DNA of 64,000 bases from an uncultured delta proteobacterium (GTDB taxonomy: Bacteria; Myxococcota_A; Polyangia; Fen-1088). Shown here piece by piece: positions 7,433 through 15,494 of this stretch (positions within the stretch are counted from its first letter, which is position 1; each line of letters begins with the position of its first letter). The position numbers and the translations under genes are program-made. The DNA is taken from assembly GCA_963737265.1 (NCBI GenBank), contig CAVTRY010000011.1:928001-992000 (forward strand), read 5' to 3'. Under the pieces are notes generated by a model. That model was not told where the DNA came from and searched no databases. It saw only the letters and a list, made by a program, of their open reading frames with translations.

Positions 7433-8722
7433 ATGTCAATGGTTCACGAAGAAACGCCTCGCAACGAGGATCCAAAAGGCGATGTGGTCGCGCCCATCGC
7501 CGCGCTGACGGGTAAACCGATAGCGGGGGCGGAGCGCTCGGCAACGAGCGCATCGTCTTTTGGGTCCTTGGGCGAGCCCGCGACCATCGGGAACCCCGAA
7601 GCGCCCAGCGCGGGGGTGAGCGCAAGCGAGGGGCGCGTAGCCCCTTCCGCAGGTGCCGGCGACGCCGGCGCCCCTAACCTTGATACGTATGGATCATCTG
7701 CCTCCGGCGTGCCGTCCCGTGCCGCCATCTTCCGGCCACTCTTCCTCAGCCTTGCGGAATACCGAAGGCGTCTTGCCGACGAACTGAAATCGCTGGCCAG
7801 ATTCTATTTTCCAAAGGGCAAGAATCGCCGCGGCTTCCAGCGCAAGGCCCTGGCCGTTCAGCTTTGCGGGAAGGTGGCACGGGTGCAGAAGTGCAGCGCT
7901 TGTGGCGCCATGGATCCCGCGACGGCTCTGATCGAATCATCCTGCGATCTCCGAACTTGCCCGACGTGCGCGCGCAGACGCGCGAACGTTCTGCGCGAGC
8001 GACTGGATACCAGTTATGCCGGGGGACCGCACCCACACGACATGAGCCTCTACCTGCTCACGTTCACACTCCGATACGATCCAAGCGATCCCAACGACCT
8101 ATCCGTCGAGGGGCTGAGGCGTCGGAAGAAGATCGTGCGCGACGCGGTGGGCTTCGTCTGGAAGAAGTATCTCAAGCCCAGAGGACGGGCGCTAGCGCTG
8201 GGTCTGGAGACATCCCCGCGCGGCGCGGTCCACATCCACGCGCTCTATCACGGGCGACGCCCAGACGTCGGCAAGCTGCGCGATACATACATGTTCGCCG
8301 CAGGCGACTCGCCCTTCGTGAACTGCAAATACGTGCATAAGCCGGCCAAGGCGATTCGCGAGCTGGCGAAATACGTGGTGAAGGCCGCTTCGACTAGGAA
8401 CCCGCGCCTCCTTCGCGGTGGGCGCGGCGAATTCATCGACCCGGTGCTGGCCGCGCGCACCGAAGTCGCGTTTTCGGGCGCTCGCCTCTACGAAACATTC
8501 GGAGCCTGGCGCGGGGCGAACGACGAGAAGGACCTTCCCGAGCAGGCGACGCGAGATTGCCCCTGCTGCGGCGCGAGCGAATGGACGCAGGAGACGCTCA
8601 CCCTTCGGTCGCTGATTTCGATGCTTCCAGACGATTGGACCCCGCGGTTTGGGCGCGCGGGGCCTCAGTCGAAAAAGCAAAACCAAATCGCCCAAGCCAA
8701 AGGAGAGGCCCATGCCGAATGA
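7433..8722 (+). CDS. Rolling-circle replication initiator (HUH endonuclease, single-Tyr Rep with Zn-binding motifs); true start may be GTG 7709
   Basis: Motif I LLTFTL, motif II VHIHALY, motif III ELAKYVVK; N-terminal CSAC and CDLRTCPTC; C-terminal CPCCG. Confidence 0.85.
   Translation: MSMVHEETPRNEDPKGDVVAPIAALTGKPIAGAERSATSASSFGSLGEPATIGNPEAPSAGVSASEGRVAPSAGAGDAGAPNLDTYGSSASGVPSRAAIFRPLFLSLAEYRRRLADELKSLARFYFPKGKNRRGFQRKALAVQLCGKVARVQKCSACGAMDPATALIESSCDLRTCPTCARRRANVLRERLDTSYAGGPHPHDMSLYLLTFTLRYDPSDPNDLSVEGLRRRKKIVRDAVGFVWKKYLKPRGRALALGLETSPRGAVHIHALYHGRRPDVGKLRDTYMFAAGDSPFVNCKYVHKPAKAIRELAKYVVKAASTRNPRLLRGGRGEFIDPVLAARTEVAFSGARLYETFGAWRGANDEKDLPEQATRDCPCCGASEWTQETLTLRSLISMLPDDWTPRFGRAGPQSKKQNQIAQAKGEAHAE
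7500..7690 (+). other. Candidate double-strand origin (dso), nick-like site CTTG^ATA at 7679-7685
   Basis: CTTGATA is the core of the pC194/phiX174 nick site. It is preceded by hairpins GGTGCCGGC-GAC-GCCGGCGCC (7652-7672), AGGGGC-GCGTA-GCCCCT and GCGCTCG-GCAA-CGAGCGC. Confidence 0.65.
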
Positions 8723-9209
8723 ATCGAAGACCGCAGTTGAACCGCAAACACGAATCGCAAACGAAGAGGAGAAACACACCATGAGCACCCCGCAAAAACC
8801 AGACTGGATCCAAAACGCAGCCCGCGTTGATCGGCCCGAAATCGAACGATGGTACAAGCCCGAGAAGGAAGGCGCCCTGGACGGCGTGCTCATCTGGCGC
8901 GGCCAGGAAGAGCACCGCCAGTCCGGCGACGTCTACAACGTCTACGCCATCAGGCAGAACGAGACGAACGCCATCATTGGCGTCTCGGAGCGCTTTGGCC
9001 TGCGCGGTTTGCGCAGGGTCAAGCTGAACAGCAAGGTGTTCATCGAGCCCACCGGCGAGAAGGAGCTGGAGAGCGGGCGGAAGATGCAGCAGTTCCAGAT
9101 TCACGCGGAGCACCTCGAAGCGCTGCCCGAGCCAACACGCGCCAAACCGAAAGGGACTCAAAGCCCGACAGACGGAGCGACGGCCGGTTCCGAAGAAGTT
9201 CCCTTTTAG
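8712..9209 (+). CDS. Putative single-stranded DNA-binding protein (OB-fold-like; alternative start 8781)
   Basis: Beta-rich core, flexible linker and acidic C-terminal tail SEEVPF (compare SSB DDIPF). Lies directly after rep with a good RBS. Confidence 0.6.
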   Translation: MPNESKTAVEPQTRIANEEEKHTMSTPQKPDWIQNAARVDRPEIERWYKPEKEGALDGVLIWRGQEEHRQSGDVYNVYAIRQNETNAIIGVSERFGLRGLRRVKLNSKVFIEPTGEKELESGRKMQQFQIHAEHLEALPEPTRAKPKGTQSPTDGATAGSEEVPF

Positions 9210-9227
9210 CCATCTGGAGGTCGCCCC

Positions 9228-9452
9228 ATGTCCCTACAACTGCCAGACCGCCCCGTGCTCACCGTGAAGGAGGCTGCCGCGATCCTCGGCGTGAACGTGA
9301 AAACGCTTTACGCCGAGATCGAAGCCGGCGCCTTCCCGGCGCTCCGGGTCGGGAGAGTGATCCGAATCGCGACCAACGTGCTAGCCTCGTTCCTTCAGCA
9401 AGGCCGCGTCGCGCCGGTTGGAGGAATCCATGCCAGCAAGACGCGATCGTAG
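9228..9452 (+). CDS. Excisionase/HTH_17 DNA-binding protein
   Basis: LTVKEAAAILGVNVKTLYAEIEAGAFPALRVGRVIRI; RBS GGAGG; overlaps the integrase start. Confidence 0.88.
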   Translation: MSLQLPDRPVLTVKEAAAILGVNVKTLYAEIEAGAFPALRVGRVIRIATNVLASFLQQGRVAPVGGIHASKTRS

Positions 9453-10542
9453 TGGACGATGGCGATACAGAAAAACAGTCAGACTCCCCGACGGGAGCAA
9501 ACGCCGCATCGACGGAACGCCAACGTCGAACACGAAACTGGCGGCCGAGGCTGCGGAGCGAGACCACATCAACCGTGTGGTCTCGCCCCCGGCCGCTATC
9601 GAAGAGAAGAAGGAGGTGCCCACCTTTCAGAAGTTCGTGGACGTGGTTTGGTGGCCAACGTATCCAAGCTCGGTCAACAACCGGCCGAGCACCTGCCAAG
9701 AGAAAGAGATCCATCTTCGGATTCACCTCAAGCCCACGCTTGGCGCCCTGCCCTTGGACAAGATCCGCGGCGAGGTGGTCAACGTCCTGATGGCGAAGCT
9801 GAAGGTGGAATCGAAGCTCTGCCCAAAGTCGATCAAGAACATCATCGGGACGCTGAGGCGCGTGCTGGCCTCGGCAGTCGAGTGGGAGTATCTGGGGGCG
9901 ATGCCTCCCCTACCCCGCATCAAGGTGGCGCAGCCGGAGTGGGATTTCCTCACGCCGGAGGAATCCGCCAAGGTGCTGGAGGCAGCGCGGGCGCGCTCCG
10001 AGGAGGTCTACGCCTCGATTCTGTTCGCGCTGCACACAGGGGCGCGAGCGGGCGAGGAGATCGCTTTGGAATGGGGCGACGTGGACTACCACAGCCACAT
10101 GCTGGTCTTCCGCCGCAGCTCTACCAAGGGCTACGTCGGACCGACCAAGAGCGGGAAAGAACGGCGGGTGCCCCTCACGGCTTCACTGGAAGCCGCACTG
10201 AAGGCGATCCGTCACCTGCGGGGCAAGCGGGTCTTCTGCAAGGAAGACGGCTCTGCGCTGCTGATAGGGCAGCTTCACGAGCGACTGTGGGGCGCGTGTC
10301 GACGGGCGGGCCTTCGGGAGATCCGGTGGCACGACTTGCGACACACGTTCGCTTCGCAGCTAGCCTCCCAGGGCGTTCCCATTCCGCAGATCCAGCAGTG
10401 GATGGGACACTCCACCATCACCATGACCATGCGCTATGCCCACCTGGCTCCGGGCAGCGGAGCCGACCTGATCCGATCACTCGACGCCAATTCCGTGGCA
10501 AATCCGTGGCAAAAACACGCGTCCCCGGCCCTAAGTACCTAG
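9430..10542 (+). CDS. Tyrosine integrase
   Basis: HTGARAGE, TKSGK, HDLRHTFAS, MGHS and MRYAHL catalytic residues; ends 8 bp from the tRNA-Glu 3' end. Confidence 0.95.
   Translation: MPARRDRSGRWRYRKTVRLPDGSKRRIDGTPTSNTKLAAEAAERDHINRVVSPPAAIEEKKEVPTFQKFVDVVWWPTYPSSVNNRPSTCQEKEIHLRIHLKPTLGALPLDKIRGEVVNVLMAKLKVESKLCPKSIKNIIGTLRRVLASAVEWEYLGAMPPLPRIKVAQPEWDFLTPEESAKVLEAARARSEEVYASILFALHTGARAGEEIALEWGDVDYHSHMLVFRRSSTKGYVGPTKSGKERRVPLTASLEAALKAIRHLRGKRVFCKEDGSALLIGQLHERLWGACRRAGLREIRWHDLRHTFASQLASQGVPIPQIQQWMGHSTITMTMRYAHLAPGSGADLIRSLDANSVANPWQKHASPALST
10492..10513 (+). repeat. Perfect 11-bp tandem repeat TCCGTGGCAAA x2, probable integrase arm-type sites
   Basis: Seen directly at 10492-10502 and 10503-10513, between the catalytic Tyr codon and the tRNA. 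The function is inferred. Confidence 0.6.
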
Positions 10543-10550
10543 AATCCTTG

Positions 10551-10622
10551 TGACCCCATCGGGACTTGAACCCGAGATTACGCCGTGAGAGGGCGCCGTC
10601 CTAACCACTAGACCATGGGGCC
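10551..10622 (-). tRNA. tRNA-Glu(CTC), probable integration site
   Basis: Cloverleaf with GGCCCCA/TGGGGTC acceptor, GCGCC-CTCTCAC-GGCGT anticodon arm and TCGGG-TTCAAGT-CCCGA T arm. Confidence 0.93.
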
Positions 10623-10651
10623 GTTGCGCGGGCGCAACTATTGGAAGCTAG

Positions 10652-10722
10652 TTCGGGGATAAGGATTCGAACCTTAATAGCCAGATCCAGAGTCTGGCGT
10701 CCTGCCATTAGACGATCCCCGA
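10652..10722 (-). tRNA. tRNA-Gln(CTG)
   Basis: TCGGGGA/TCCCCGA acceptor, CCAGA-CTCTGGA-TCTGG, TAAGG-TTCGAAT-CCTTA. Confidence 0.93.
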
Positions 10723-10891
10723 ATACGTTCGCGGCGGGCTTTCCCGCCGCGGATGACATTTGTAGCAATCGGCTCATCGGTGTCAAGAACTGCGTGCAAT
10801 CCGTCGCGAAATGGCTAACTTGCCCGGGGGCGAAATGGGTGTAGTTTACAAGTCTTGCAAGCGGCCAGAGGCCGCGCGGTGAGTAAGTAAT

Positions 10892-12175
10892 ATGGAGCTG
10901 AGCTTCTGGGCTGCAACGGACATTGGTCGCAAGCGCGTCCACAACGAGGATAACTTCCTCGTCGACCAAAAACTGTCTCTGTTCGTCGTGGCGGACGGCA
11001 TGGGCGGGCACGCCTCGGGCGAGGTTGCATCGCAGATCGCGGTCACCGAATTCCGCGGCGCGGTGGACAGCCGGCGCGACATCTTGGAAGCCTACGCGCG
11101 TCACGAAACCGGGGTCACGACGCACGACGTGCTCGGCGCGCTGGAGTATGCGGTGCAGACGGCCGGCTTGGCGATTTTCGAACGCGGCCAGAAGGAACCC
11201 GAGAAGCGCGGCATGGGCACCACCCTGTCCGCCTTGCTGCTCATCGGCGAGCGCGGCTTCATCGCCCATGTGGGCGACAGCCGCGTCTACATGGTTCGTT
11301 CCGGCCAGACCGTGCAGCTTACCGAGGATCACTCCCTCATCAACGAGCTCATCCGCCACGGCAAGGTCACGCGCGAGACGCTGGCGAAGTCGCCGTACGC
11401 CTCATACAAGAATGCGGTCACGCGCGCGCTCGGCGTCTACGAAACCGTGCAGGTCGATACCATCGACTTGGAAGTCATCCCGGGCGACCAGTTTCTGCTG
11501 TGCTCTGATGGGCTGCACAGCTATCTCGACGAGAAGGAAATTTCCCGCCAGCTGGCCGAGGAAAGTATCACGGCCATCCCAGGCAAGCTGGTCGAGCTGG
11601 CCAACAAGGGCGGCGGGCACGACAACATCACCGCCGTCGTCCTGCGCGTGCATGCGGACGCCACCGCGGGCGCGAATGCGCGCACCCAAGAGCTCAACCG
11701 CAAGGTCGAGGTCTTAAAGCAGATGCCGCTCTTCCGGCACCTCACCTACAAGGAGATTCTGCGCGTTCTGTCGCTGACCGAGGTGACGGACTACAAACCT
11801 GGCGACGAAATCATCACCGAAGACGAGCCCGGCAGCGAGCTCTTCATCATCTTGTCCGGCAAGGTGCGCCTGCACAAAGAGGGCGCGCTGGTGACCTACC
11901 TTGGCCAGGGCGCGCACCTTGGCGAGATGGCCTTGGTCGACAACGGCCCGCGCTCGGTGAGCGCAACCACCGAGGAGCCGTCGCGCGTGCTGGTCTTGCG
12001 TCGGCGCGACTTCAACGACCTCATTCGCAACTACCCGCGCATGTCGGTCAAGCTGCTGTGGAGCTTCGTCCAGGTGCTCGGACAACGCCTACGCAAAACC
12101 AACGCCGACCTCGCAGGCGCCCGCAACGAAGCCGCCACGGCCGACCTGTCCGACCAGGTGCTGTTCGACGAATAA
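10892..12175 (+). CDS. PP2C-family (Stp1/PrpC) Ser/Thr phosphatase fused to a C-terminal cNMP-binding domain
   Basis: NEDNF, VADGMGGH, HVGDSRVY, CSDGL and GGHDNIT; then LFIILSGKV...GEMALVDNGPRSVSA. Confidence 0.92.
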   Translation: MELSFWAATDIGRKRVHNEDNFLVDQKLSLFVVADGMGGHASGEVASQIAVTEFRGAVDSRRDILEAYARHETGVTTHDVLGALEYAVQTAGLAIFERGQKEPEKRGMGTTLSALLLIGERGFIAHVGDSRVYMVRSGQTVQLTEDHSLINELIRHGKVTRETLAKSPYASYKNAVTRALGVYETVQVDTIDLEVIPGDQFLLCSDGLHSYLDEKEISRQLAEESITAIPGKLVELANKGGGHDNITAVVLRVHADATAGANARTQELNRKVEVLKQMPLFRHLTYKEILRVLSLTEVTDYKPGDEIITEDEPGSELFIILSGKVRLHKEGALVTYLGQGAHLGEMALVDNGPRSVSATTEEPSRVLVLRRRDFNDLIRNYPRMSVKLLWSFVQVLGQRLRKTNADLAGARNEAATADLSDQVLFDE

Positions 12176-12196
12176 GATCGAGACCCCGATCTACTA

Positions 12197-13450
12197 CTAC
12201 TGATACAGGAACACCACCTCGACGCGGTGGTTGCTGGCGCGGCCGGCTGCGGTGCGACCGTCGGCAATGGGCTCGGAACCGCCCTGCCCGCTCGCCATCA
12301 TGCGCTTGACGTCCACACCGCGGGTGACCAGGGCGTTGAAGACCGACTGTGCCCGCGCCGCAGACAGGGCCAGGAGAGAGGTTACGCCGCCGCGGCTGTC
12401 GGTGTGCCCGATGACCTGTACCGGGAACGACTCGTAGTCCTTCTTCTTGATGAGGGCCGCGATGGGGTCGAGCACGGCGTCCTTACCCGGCGCGATGACG
12501 GTCTGCTTTTTCACGAACAGCATGTCCGCAGGAATCGCCAGGATCACGCGCTGAAGCGAACCACGCACGTCGCGGCGGGCCTTGATGCCCGGTATGGCGC
12601 TCGCGTCGGCGAACAGTGCATCGGCCTTCTTGTGGTTTTCCGCCGCTTGCGAATCACGCTCGTAGCTGGGCTTGGCCGCCGCCGCGGCATCGCCAGCAGT
12701 CTTCTTGGCGATGGCGGCGCTGGTCTGCGCTTGCTGCATTTGACCGGTCTGCAGTTCAGTCTGAGCCCGGGCCAAGGTTTCGGCGGCCGACTTGTAGAGC
12801 TCGGGCGCGTACTTCGGCGCGTTCAGCGTCTCGGCCGTCTTCATGGCCAGCTCTGCTTCCGAAACCTTGTCGCTCGTCTCGGCCTTCAGCTTCTCCTGCG
12901 CCAGCTTCTCCTCGTTGGCCTTCTTGTCCGCGGCCATCTGCGCCTCGAGCGCCTTCATCTCTTCGTTCTTCTGGCCTTCCTCGACCTGGCGCAACGTCTG
13001 TTCGTGGCGGAGCTTGTTGAGCAGGGCAATTTTCTCGTTGGTATCGTCAAGCTCCTTCTGGACCTTTTCCTGCTCTTCCGCCGTGGCCGAAAGAGCGTCC
13101 TCGGCGTTCGCGATGCGCGCGTTGGACTTGTCCTGATCGGCCAGCGAAAGCGCGTGCCGGTAGAAGATTTGTCCCATCAAGGCGGCGTTGACCGACTCGT
13201 TCAGGTCGTTGCTCTGCCACTTGTTGGTTGCAACTTCGAAGGACTTGTCGCCCTTCTTGCACAGGTCGGGGGCACGCTTGCGCGCCGCCGGCATGTCCGG
13301 ATCGATGCGCAGTCTCTCAAGGGTGTCGAGCTCGCGCGGCTTGGGCGGTGTGGCGCATCCGATGGCGAGCAGCCCGGCGGCAACGAGGCAAAGACAGGAC
13401 GCACGAAACACGAAGCTCATGGTGGATCTCCCGACAACAGCAGTTTTCAT
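12197..13450 (-). CDS. OmpA/MotB-domain lipoprotein with coiled coil (DUF4398-like); start may be ~13420
   Basis: Lipobox LAIGC, long coiled coil, VIGHTDSRG...LSAARAQSV...NHRVEVV. Confidence 0.85.
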   Translation of the reverse strand: MKTAVVGRSTMSFVFRASCLCLVAAGLLAIGCATPPKPRELDTLERLRIDPDMPAARKRAPDLCKKGDKSFEVATNKWQSNDLNESVNAALMGQIFYRHALSLADQDKSNARIANAEDALSATAEEQEKVQKELDDTNEKIALLNKLRHEQTLRQVEEGQKNEEMKALEAQMAADKKANEEKLAQEKLKAETSDKVSEAELAMKTAETLNAPKYAPELYKSAAETLARAQTELQTGQMQQAQTSAAIAKKTAGDAAAAAKPSYERDSQAAENHKKADALFADASAIPGIKARRDVRGSLQRVILAIPADMLFVKKQTVIAPGKDAVLDPIAALIKKKDYESFPVQVIGHTDSRGGVTSLLALSAARAQSVFNALVTRGVDVKRMMASGQGGSEPIADGRTAAGRASNHRVEVVFLYQ

Positions 13451-13866
13451 ACCTTGCCCTCCAGACGCGCCTTTTGAATCTTGGCGTTCTCGAGAGCCTG
13501 CTTGGTGTGGGCCAACTGCGCTCGGGCTCGCTTGACCTCGTCTTCTTTGGCCGCGGCCTGCGCCGACAGCTTGGCCGCGGTCAGCTTCTGCCGAACCATG
13601 TTGGCTTGGGCTTCACAGCGATCGAGCGCGATGCGCACCTCGTCGTATTTTTCTTGAGATCGTAGCGTCCAAGCAGTGTCGAGCCATGACCGCATCATGG
13701 TGATTTCGGTGTTGACGGCCTTCTGGTCGTCCTGCCGCTCGAGATCGGTGGTGGTCTGCTTGAGATAGTCGATCTGCCGTTGCAAATCGTCGGCCTCGCC
13801 GGCACGTGCCAGAGCGGGCACGGTCAGGACGCCAAGAAACAGGAACATGGTCGCGTATCTGGTCAT
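13447..13866 (-). CDS. Secreted coiled-coil hypothetical protein, coupled to the OmpA gene
   Basis: RBS GGAG, signal peptide MTRYATMFLFLGVLTVPALARA, 4-bp overlap with the next ORF. Confidence 0.7.
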   Translation of the reverse strand: MTRYATMFLFLGVLTVPALARAGEADDLQRQIDYLKQTTTDLERQDDQKAVNTEITMMRSWLDTAWTLRSQEKYDEVRIALDRCEAQANMVRQKLTAAKLSAQAAAKEDEVKRARAQLAHTKQALENAKIQKARLEGKV

Positions 13867-14014
13867 GTTTTCCTCGCCTGGTTGCGATGCGGCCCTATGT
13901 TCGGGGTTCGGTGCTAGCTTCGTCAACCTGAAAACGCCTTCGCCCTGCAGTTCTGCGCAGGTTCTGGATTGCCCCCTTGACTCGGGCCCCAGGCCCACGG
14001 CCTTACCCATTGCC

Positions 14015-14503
14015 CTACCCTTCGCCCGCCAAAGCTAAGATGTGATCGCGAAGGTCCCAGGAAACGCGAAGCCGGAGCTCTAGGAGGCGATCCAGAATCG
14101 GGCGCACCGCTGGCACGTGGCCGAGCTGTTTGGCGACAAGAACCACGTTCAGGGTGCCGGTGATCTTCACGCCGAGTCGCGCGGCCACCCGGCGTCCGGG
14201 CAATTCGTCGATGATGGCCACCGCGCCAGGATTCGCCATCGCAAGGGTCAAGACCGCGCGTTCGCCTGCCCCGAGAAAGCCGAACGGTTCCAACTCGGGG
14301 GACAGAAGCGCGACTGGCCGCACGTCCGCCCAAGGCAGGTTAAGCGGCTCGGGAAGATCGTAACCGCGCGCACGTCCGGCGCTCAATTCGGCCACCACCT
14401 GGCCGGGAACGATGACGCGGCCGAGGACGGCGGGCAAGACTTGCAGAATGCCCGCGCGGTGCAGGTAGCACAGAGGCGACGTGTTGACGATGTGGTCAGC
14501 CAA
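14015..14503 (-). CDS. DUF3368 PIN-domain putative toxin
   Basis: IVNTSPL...LGAGERAVL...IIDELPGRRVA...GTLNVVLVAK. Confidence 0.88.
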   Translation of the reverse strand: MADHIVNTSPLCYLHRAGILQVLPAVLGRVIVPGQVVAELSAGRARGYDLPEPLNLPWADVRPVALLSPELEPFGFLGAGERAVLTLAMANPGAVAIIDELPGRRVAARLGVKITGTLNVVLVAKQLGHVPAVRPILDRLLELRLRVSWDLRDHILALAGEG

Positions 14504-14759
14504 GCGACCGGCGCAGCGTATCGTGTTCTAGGTCGAATTCGTCTGGTGTCACGCGAAACGCCTCAACGCCGAAATCTGCCAGCTTATGCAGAAACTCGAC
14601 CTTGGGGATCCCCGCCAAGTCAGCCGCGGCACCGGCCGACAAGTGCCCCAACTCGTGCAACTTCATCGCCGCCGCAAGCCGCACCTTGCCCTCTGCCTCG
14701 GAAAGCGAAGGCCCCAGCGCCCGCACGGTCGCCGCTGGTATCTCGACGGACAGGGTCAC
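14496..14759 (-). CDS. UPF0175-family antitoxin
   Basis: VRLAAAMKLHELGHLSAGAAADLAGIPKVEFL; overlaps the DUF3368 start. Confidence 0.88.
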   Translation of the reverse strand: MTLSVEIPAATVRALGPSLSEAEGKVRLAAAMKLHELGHLSAGAAADLAGIPKVEFLHKLADFGVEAFRVTPDEFDLEHDTLRRSLG

Positions 14760-14905
14760 AGCCAGAGTGTACCAGGTTTCGGCTTGAAGGAAGGGCCACC
14801 ACGCAAGGTTGGGGCACACCCTCTAAAGGCAGGCCATCTCTCGATCGCGGTGGATCGCCGGCCGCAAATTTTGGATCCTGGATCCGACCGCGCGATCATC
14901 GGCGA

Positions 14906-15253
14906 ATGCGCCGACCATTCTTGGGGACGATATCAATGGTTCTGGCTGTGTCCGTGATCGGGTGTGCCACCAATGGCTTTCAGACATACTACCAGCCCAA
15001 CCGCGAGAACGTCGCCAATCGGCTTCTGCCGTGGTCGGGTCGGGTGCGTATCCTCGAACCAGCCGATATTCGCGAGAGTGGTGATGATTTCTATCGACTT
15101 GGGTACCTCCCACTTGGCTCTTCGTCCTTCTCATCAGGTGAAAGCGTGACGATGGACCAACTGCTAGAAACGGCGACACTCGTGCGGGCTGACATTGTTC
15201 TCTACTACTCCGAGCACCTCGGCTCCAGGACAGTTTCCTCGACCAGGAGGTGA
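14906..15253 (+). CDS. Small lipoprotein, possibly truncated
   Basis: Signal peptide ending VIGC; GYLPLGSSSF...ADIVLYY; ends abruptly. Confidence 0.5.
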   Translation: MRRPFLGTISMVLAVSVIGCATNGFQTYYQPNRENVANRLLPWSGRVRILEPADIRESGDDFYRLGYLPLGSSSFSSGESVTMDQLLETATLVRADIVLYYSEHLGSRTVSSTRR

Positions 15254-15390
15254 GGGTCGACCTTTCCAAACCGAGGGGGAACGTGGTATCCCTTCCCCGT
15301 TCTTCCAGGCCGAATGAGTACACTATGAGAACACGCAGCAAGACACCGCAGAAGAACGGATAGCCTAAGTCACGAAAACTAAATGATTCT

Positions 15391-15463
15391 GGTGGGCGTA
15401 GCTCAATGGTAGAGCATCGGATTGTGGATCCGACGGTTGGGGGTTCGATACCCCTCGCTCACC
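15391..15463 (+). tRNA. tRNA-His(GTG)
   Basis: G-1, GTGGGCG/CGCTCAC acceptor, TCGGA-TTGTGGA-TCCGA. Confidence 0.95.
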
Positions 15464-15494
15464 CTAGAAATGTCCGGCTTGAGACCATTCTAAG

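Noticed and set aside
7581-7600. GACCATCGGGAACCCCG as the second att core of tRNA-Glu
   Set aside because: Only CCATCGGGA (9 bp) matches, and it lies within the origin region. Too short to accept; no convincing att duplicate was found in 1-10500.
7433-8722. IS91-family transposase
   Set aside because: Motif III has a single Tyr (KYVVK, no YxxxY pair), and the context is SSB-Xis-Int with a pC194-like nick site, which fits a replication initiator better.
1952-10542. Filamentous prophage (inovirus)
   Set aside because: No Zot/pI ATPase or run of small hydrophobic coat genes is visible. This cannot be excluded if such genes lie left of the window.
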